This document shows, one piece after another, positions 34,001-39,962 of a stretch of 39,962 nt of DNA. The DNA comes from Lophium mytilinum (Eukaryota): NCBI GenBank assembly GCA_010093605.1, contig MU004200.1, positions 744,001-783,962 on the forward strand, given 5' to 3'. Each line of letters begins with the position of its first letter. The first letter of the stretch is position 1. Made by a program: the position numbers and the translations under genes. The notes beneath the pieces were generated by a model. That model was given only the letters and a program-made list of their open reading frames with translations. It ran no database searches and was not told the DNA's origin.

Positions 34001-36035
34001 AGACTAATGTTTGTAGGGCTCACATACTGGACCGACGACGTCTACTCGGACAATCCGGAGCACTCTTACGCCTACTACGCCCGGATATACGCTTTGTTCC
34101 AAGTATTAGCCCTCTTATCGCTGCTTCTCCTCGCCATAACGCTCTGGGTTGTCGCCATTAAACGAGCAGGTGCCAATATTCACCAGGAAGCCTTGCGAAC
34201 TCTTATTCGAGCACCATTGAGCTTCTTCACCAAGACGGATACTGGTGTGATAACCAACTTATTCTCGCAGGACCTGAACCTTATAGATACAGAGCTACCA
34301 GAAGCCACGTTAAACGTGATGATGGCCGTAAGTCTACTCATTAAATTTGAAAGGAAGCTGACAGTGGCGTTACTTTCACTCTTTGGTAAAGACTTTGGAA
34401 AAACTTATCCAGTAGTCTGACGCAGAACTCGAAGGTCTTTCAATCACTTGGACAAGCGGCTGTTATGCTTACATCATCTGTGTGGTTGGCCATAGCCTAT
34501 CCGCTCATCGGCGCCATACTGTACGTGGTGGGAAGATTCTACCTGAGGACTTCCAGGCAGCTCAGAATCCTAGACCTTGAGGCTAAAAGCCCCTTGTAGT
34601 AAGTTTACGTGTCCGCTATAGTGTGTTATGCTAATATTCATCCGTTAAGCACAAATTTCCTTGACACTGTCAAGGGCATCACAACTCTAAGAGCCTTTGG
34701 TGAGTAGTGTGTAAACCCAACTCGACTCCGAGAGCATGCCTGGATGTGACATTTTGCGGCATCTCGAGTCAAGACATGTACGCCGCTGCTAACATGAGAG
34801 ATGTGAAGGTTTCCTTCCCAATGATGTTCAAAAGAACGCTCGCTTGATTGATACTAGCCAACGACCGGCGTATCTCCTACTTATGATTCAAGAGTGGCTC
34901 AACCTCGTTCTCGGCCTCGTCGTCATGCTAATAGCAGTGGTTCTGGTTACCCTTTCCGTCCGGCTTCACTCCAAATCTGGTTTCGCCGGTGCTGCTTTGT
35001 ACAGCCTCATTTCTCTCGGCGAGAACCTCACTGGCATTGTCCTCCACTACACCAGGCTTGAAACCTCTATTGGGGCTATTGCCAGACTCAAGACGTTCAA
35101 AGAAACTGTCAAGGCGGAGGACAGAGAAGAAGAAGATATTGTTCCACCTGAAGAGTGGCCTAAGGGGGGCGTGATAGAGTTGAAGGGCGTGTCCGCAGGT
35201 TATGAGTAAGAGAATCACAGCTCGCGAAAACCACATCATCTACATAATGCTAACGCCCCGGTATAGAGCCGAAGAGCAAACCAACGGAACACCCAGCCTA
35301 GCTCTCCGCGACATCCGCCTAACGATCAAACCAGGCGAAAAAGTAGCCATCTGCGGCCGCACTGGCAGCGGGAAATCCAGCCTTATCGCACTGCTCCTTA
35401 AGCTCCTCGATCCACTCTCCGAAACTGCAGGCAAAGCCATAATCGATGACACAGAGCTCCGTCGCATTGACCGACCTACGTTGCGCCAGCGCATCATTGC
35501 AGTACCCCAGGAAGCCGTGTTCTTGCCCGACGGTTCTACCTTCCAGACCAACCTAGATCCTTCCGACGTTTCAGCGCCCGAAGAATGCCAGGCGGTCCTC
35601 GCGGCTGTCAGCCTGTGGGAGTTCGTGCAGGAGCGTGGTGGTCTAGGCGCAGGAATGAGCCCGGGGACGCTCAGCGCCGGGCAAAGGCAGCTCATGTCGG
35701 TTGGGCGTGCGCTCCTTCGGCGTCGTATTCGGGCGCGGAACGCGGATCGTAGGGGTACATCTCTAGATAGCGGCATCTTGTTGTTGGATGAGGTGAGCTC
35801 GAGCGTAGACCACGAGACCGAGCGGGTAATCCAGGAGATTATCAGGACTGAGTTCAAAGACTACACGGTCGTAGCTGTGAGCCATCGGTTGGATATAATT
35901 ATGGATTTTGATAGAGTCGTCGTTATGGACTCGGGAGTGGTAGTAGAGGATGGGAAACCTGCGGTGTTGGCTACAGAAGCGGGGACTCGGTTTGGCGACT
36001 TGGTGCGGGCTGGGATGAAAGAGAAATTAAGGTGA
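31090..36035 (+). CDS. ABCC (MRP-type) ABC transporter, ~1460 aa (exons 31090-31284, 31354-32135, 32194-33908, 34017-34327, 34435-34598, 34650-34699, 34809-35205, 35267-36035)
   Basis: N-terminal FDF...FEQLFFSIVPS. NBD1 has GPVGSGKS, LSGGQ and LLILDD; TMD2 has NLFSQDLNLIDTELP and RQLRILDLEAKSPLY; NBD2 has GRTGSGKS, LSAGQ and LLLDE. The exon sum of 4383 nt is in frame. Confidence 0.92.
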
Positions 36036-36049
36036 GCTTAATCTACCGC

Positions 36050-39000
36050 TGGGTTATCTTTAATCCTAGAGGGCTAGGGTTTATCCACTCTCTATTAACG
36101 CAGCCTTTATTCCCTATAATTAAATAGCTCTAAATAAGGCTTTATAAAGCGCGGCGTTTATTAAAGCTAATCTCTAGAATATTAGATATAGAAAAGAAGC
36201 TACTTATATATTATATATAATAACTTTCTAATTAAGGTCTACTTCTTAAATTTTAAAAATATAGTAAATATATTATATTACTAATACTAGTTCTAATAAT
36301 TTAAGAGAAAGATCTAATAAATTATTATTCTCTAGCTAGTAAGACTTTTAACTTCTTTATATAAAAACCTCTTTATAACTTCTACTCTAATACTACTACT
36401 AGCTTTCTAGTAGATATATATTACTATAGTTTCTATAATATATATTATTTATCTATAAGTTTATATAGCTATACCTATAGTAAACTTCTAGTATATCTCT
36501 AAAATAAAATACTATATAAATACTTCTTATATAAGTAGAACTACTAGTATATATATTTTTATAAAATCTATAATAGTTACTATTTAAGAGTAGAGATATA
36601 TAGCTATTAAAGTATATAGTAGATATATTAGAAGAATAAATACTAGTATAGATACCGCTAGTATAGTTTATTTTAGAGAAACTAGAAGTATTATACTAGC
36701 TATAGTAAAGGCTATTAGTTAAAAGAATTATAAAACTATTACTAGAATAAGTATCTAATATTTTCCTATTATAAATAGCGTTATAGGCTCTACCTAAATA
36801 GATAAAGCTAGACTTATAAAATTACTATAGAATTTTTAATATATAGTTAATATTTAAATATTATATATATAATATATAAATCTACTAAAAAAGAGCTTTT
36901 TTATATAGATTTAGTATAATTTAAGGCCTATATAGGCTTCTTAAATATATATATAGTTTAGCTAGATTTCTATATAAAATTAATATTTATTATTCTTTAA
37001 ATTTTTATATTATATAAATAGAAATATTATATTTAGTAGCTTAGTTATAGTTTTAGCTACTTTTAAAGCCTTTTTAAAGAGCTATTAGATTCTTAAACTT
37101 AATAGTATAGAGCTAGATAAGACTATATTTTTATAATTAACTCTTAGTAATAATAAATATAAGAACTTATAAACTATATAGAAAAAAATAAAGTTTCTAT
37201 TACTATACTATAGAGGTTATAAGATAAAAAGAAAAAAGAAATATAAGTATAGTAGCTAGAAGTAGGCTACTATATATATACTAATATACTAGTATACTAA
37301 AAAATATAAAAGTATATAATTTATATATCTATTCTATAATAAATAAAAAAAGAAAACTAATAATTCTATACTAGGTTTTTTCTCTATATATACTATATAA
37401 TTCCTCTATATATACCTATTTATATCTAATCTTCTAATTAGCCTAGAGGGCTTAAAATACTACTCTAGCGCTTTATAGTAAGGCTATATAGCCTTTCTAT
37501 TTTATTATATATTCTTACTATTTTTAATAGACTATATTTAGCTATATATAAGGCTATAAATAAGGCTATATATATAGGCTATATATAAGGCTATATATAA
37601 GGCTATAGTTATAGTAAGGCTATATAGTTATAGTAAGACTATATAGTATACCCGTTTTACTATATATACTTTCTATTTTCTATAGTATATATAGGCTATT
37701 ATATTACTATCTATATACCTATATACCTATAAGTATACTAAAATAGTTAAATTCTTATCTTATTATAGTATCTCTATATTAAACCTAGCCCCCCTATATT
37801 ACTACTATACCCCCCTAGCTATTCTAATCTATTAACCTCTCTATTTACTAATTATATAATACTATCTAATATTAGAGCTCCTTAATAGAAAGTAGCGCAG
37901 GCGCTATCTAAGGCTAAGGAGCTAGCTAAGGCTAAGGCTTAGAATTAGTACTATTCTAGCGCTCTATAACTACCTTCTTCTTTCTTAGTACTTTATTCTT
38001 TAAACTAAGAGGCTAGCTACACTTTTTAGGTATAGTAGTAGATATAGTAGTAGGTATAGATATAGATATAGGTATAGATATAGTAGTAGGGGGGGGCCTA
38101 GCTATAACTATATACTTAAACTTAGATAGATTAGTAAGTAAATTATTAAATTCTATAATAGCTAGTATAGCTATTAACTAAGAAGTACTATAAGTAATAG
38201 AACTAGGTAGATTTAGGCGCTAAGACGCTAGTAAGTATTATAAAGCTATACTTTATTATTCTTTCTATTTACCTCTATAAGCTATATCTATAGTAATTTT
38301 AAATAAAGATAGTTCTCTCTATATACTATTATATATATAGTAGCCCCTCTATACTATAGTAGGCTAGCCGCGCTAGCACTTAATAATAGTAGGCTCCTCT
38401 ATATTACTAAAAGGTCTAAAAGAAATTACCTACTATTATATTTCTAGCTAAGTAAACTACTAATAGTAATCTATCTAATCTAATTATATATAGTATACTA
38501 GATTAAGAGGATTAGCTAGCGCTTAATATAAAGAATTATAAAGCTTATATGCGCATAGTATACTAAAAATAGAATAGAATATCTATATATAGTTAAGTAG
38601 ATTATATTTATTTAATTTAGCCTTTTTTAATTACTTCTTAAGTAGCTTTAAATACTATAGCGTAACTATCTAGAATAGATTATAGAATTTAACCTCTCTA
38701 ATATTATAAGGAGTTCTAGCGTACTATATTACCTTCTAGTTCTTATACCTAAAGTAGCTAGTAAGAATAAAGTTCTATATATTAAGGAGAATATTAAATA
38801 GATAGCTAGTTAATATTTAAAGAAAGCCCTTAAGCTAGCTATATACGCCCTTATTCTATAATATAATACTATAAGAAATTAAGTTAGTATTATATACCTC
38901 TACTACTTCTTTATTTCTTAGTTATTCTTTAAGCTATACTTTTACTCTCTTTAGTACTACTTATTTAGTATATATATAGACCCTATATAAAGTTTAGGTA

Positions 39001-39962
39001 TTAAATTTAAATATCTTAGTATTAAGAAAAATTACTTATATAGTACTAAAGTACTAAGTATTAAATATATAGTAAGTTACCTATTTAAACCTATATAACT
39101 ACTATTTCTCTACTATATAGGCTATAAGGTTAGGCTACTTCTTATTATAGGGGCTAGAGGGTTAGGGTTAGATAGGGAGAAGCGAGTTTAATATAGAGAA
39201 AATTAACCTTTAAGAATTGCGTGTAGTATAACCTTACACCGCCGCATTTAACTACTATAATATAAAATAGAGTATATATGCAAAGAATAATACTTAGAAT
39301 ATAATATAATAGCGTTCTATTAACTTTAATTTAATTTATAAGCCGTAGTAGTAGCTTAAGGTAGGTATAGAGAGACCGCAGGGTGCGCAGGCATAGAATA
39401 GAAATTACTTAAAGGGTTTAGCATAAAAATAGCCTTGCGCTTAAGAATTAGTATAACTACTACTGCATGTAACTACTATAATATAGTATAGAAGAAATAT
39501 ATAAAGGATTATATATAATATATAATATAATAGTAATCTATTAACTTAGAATTAATATACAGGCTATAGTAGTGGTAGTAGTTACGTATAGAGGTAAGAT
39601 TTTAAATAATAGAAGTTACTTAAAGAGTTTAGCGTAATGCTAGCCTTATACTTAATAAAGACCTTAACTAGCGCTATATAGAACTACTATAATATAAGGT
39701 TAAAGATATTTATAAGAAAAATTACTTATTATATAATATAATAGTATTCTAGTAATTTAGAAATATTTTATAGGCTATAGTTATAGCTCTAGATAGATAT
39801 AAAGGGTAAGAGAAGAGGGCGGCTAGCAGTATAGAGTATAGCCCTATAATTAAGTAGCCTTTTACTACTATATATAATAACTTCTAGATATTAAGATACT
39901 ATAATAGAGCTATAATACTATATATAGTATACGCAATTAAATTTAAAGTATTATAGAAAAGG
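36050..39962. mobile_element. AT-rich, RIP-degraded repeat/transposon relic block; family not identifiable by eye
   Basis: GC content collapses abruptly. CpA/TpG is nearly absent while TpA and TAG/CTA are very abundant, and the ORF track reports nothing here. This is the expected signature of repeat-induced point mutation. Confidence 0.85.
37540..37646. repeat. Short tandem array (AAGGCTATATAT-like 12-mers grading into ~19-mers) inside the RIP block
   Basis: GGCTATA-type cores recur about 7 times in ~100 bp, with a related palindrome AGGCTATATAGCCT near 37481. Confidence 0.75.

Noticed and set aside
39158..39177. Telomere-like AGGGTTAGGGTTAG
   Set aside because: Only about two units, internal, and easily generated by RIP; not evidence of a chromosome end.

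Overview
Intron-containing genomic DNA from a filamentous ascomycete (Pezizomycotina; Dothideomycetes is plausible but only inferred). In order: (1) the 3' end of a gene, followed by ~2 kb of non-coding DNA that can form many G-U-rich stems; (2) a head-to-head immune/cell-death gene pair, an NB-ARC-TPR NLR and a HeLo-domain effector. Both carry a matching PP/RHIM-like amyloid motif (FSGS-N-G-Q-G-N-G-I). In the NLR this motif sits in a 103-bp first exon that the long ORF misses. (3) A block of mostly housekeeping genes: a hypothetical Cys/His protein, an acetyl-CoA transporter, CENP-O, an ANXC4-type annexin, an F-box-like hypothetical and GPI2/PIG-C. (4) A complete carotenoid-retinal-rhodopsin cluster (carO, carB, carRA, carX). 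(5) A full-length ABCC transporter. (6) An abrupt switch at ~36.05 kb to AT-rich, RIP-degraded repeat DNA. I rebuilt exon structures by hand from GT/AG sites, branch points and frame continuity. Product names come from motif recognition, not database searches.
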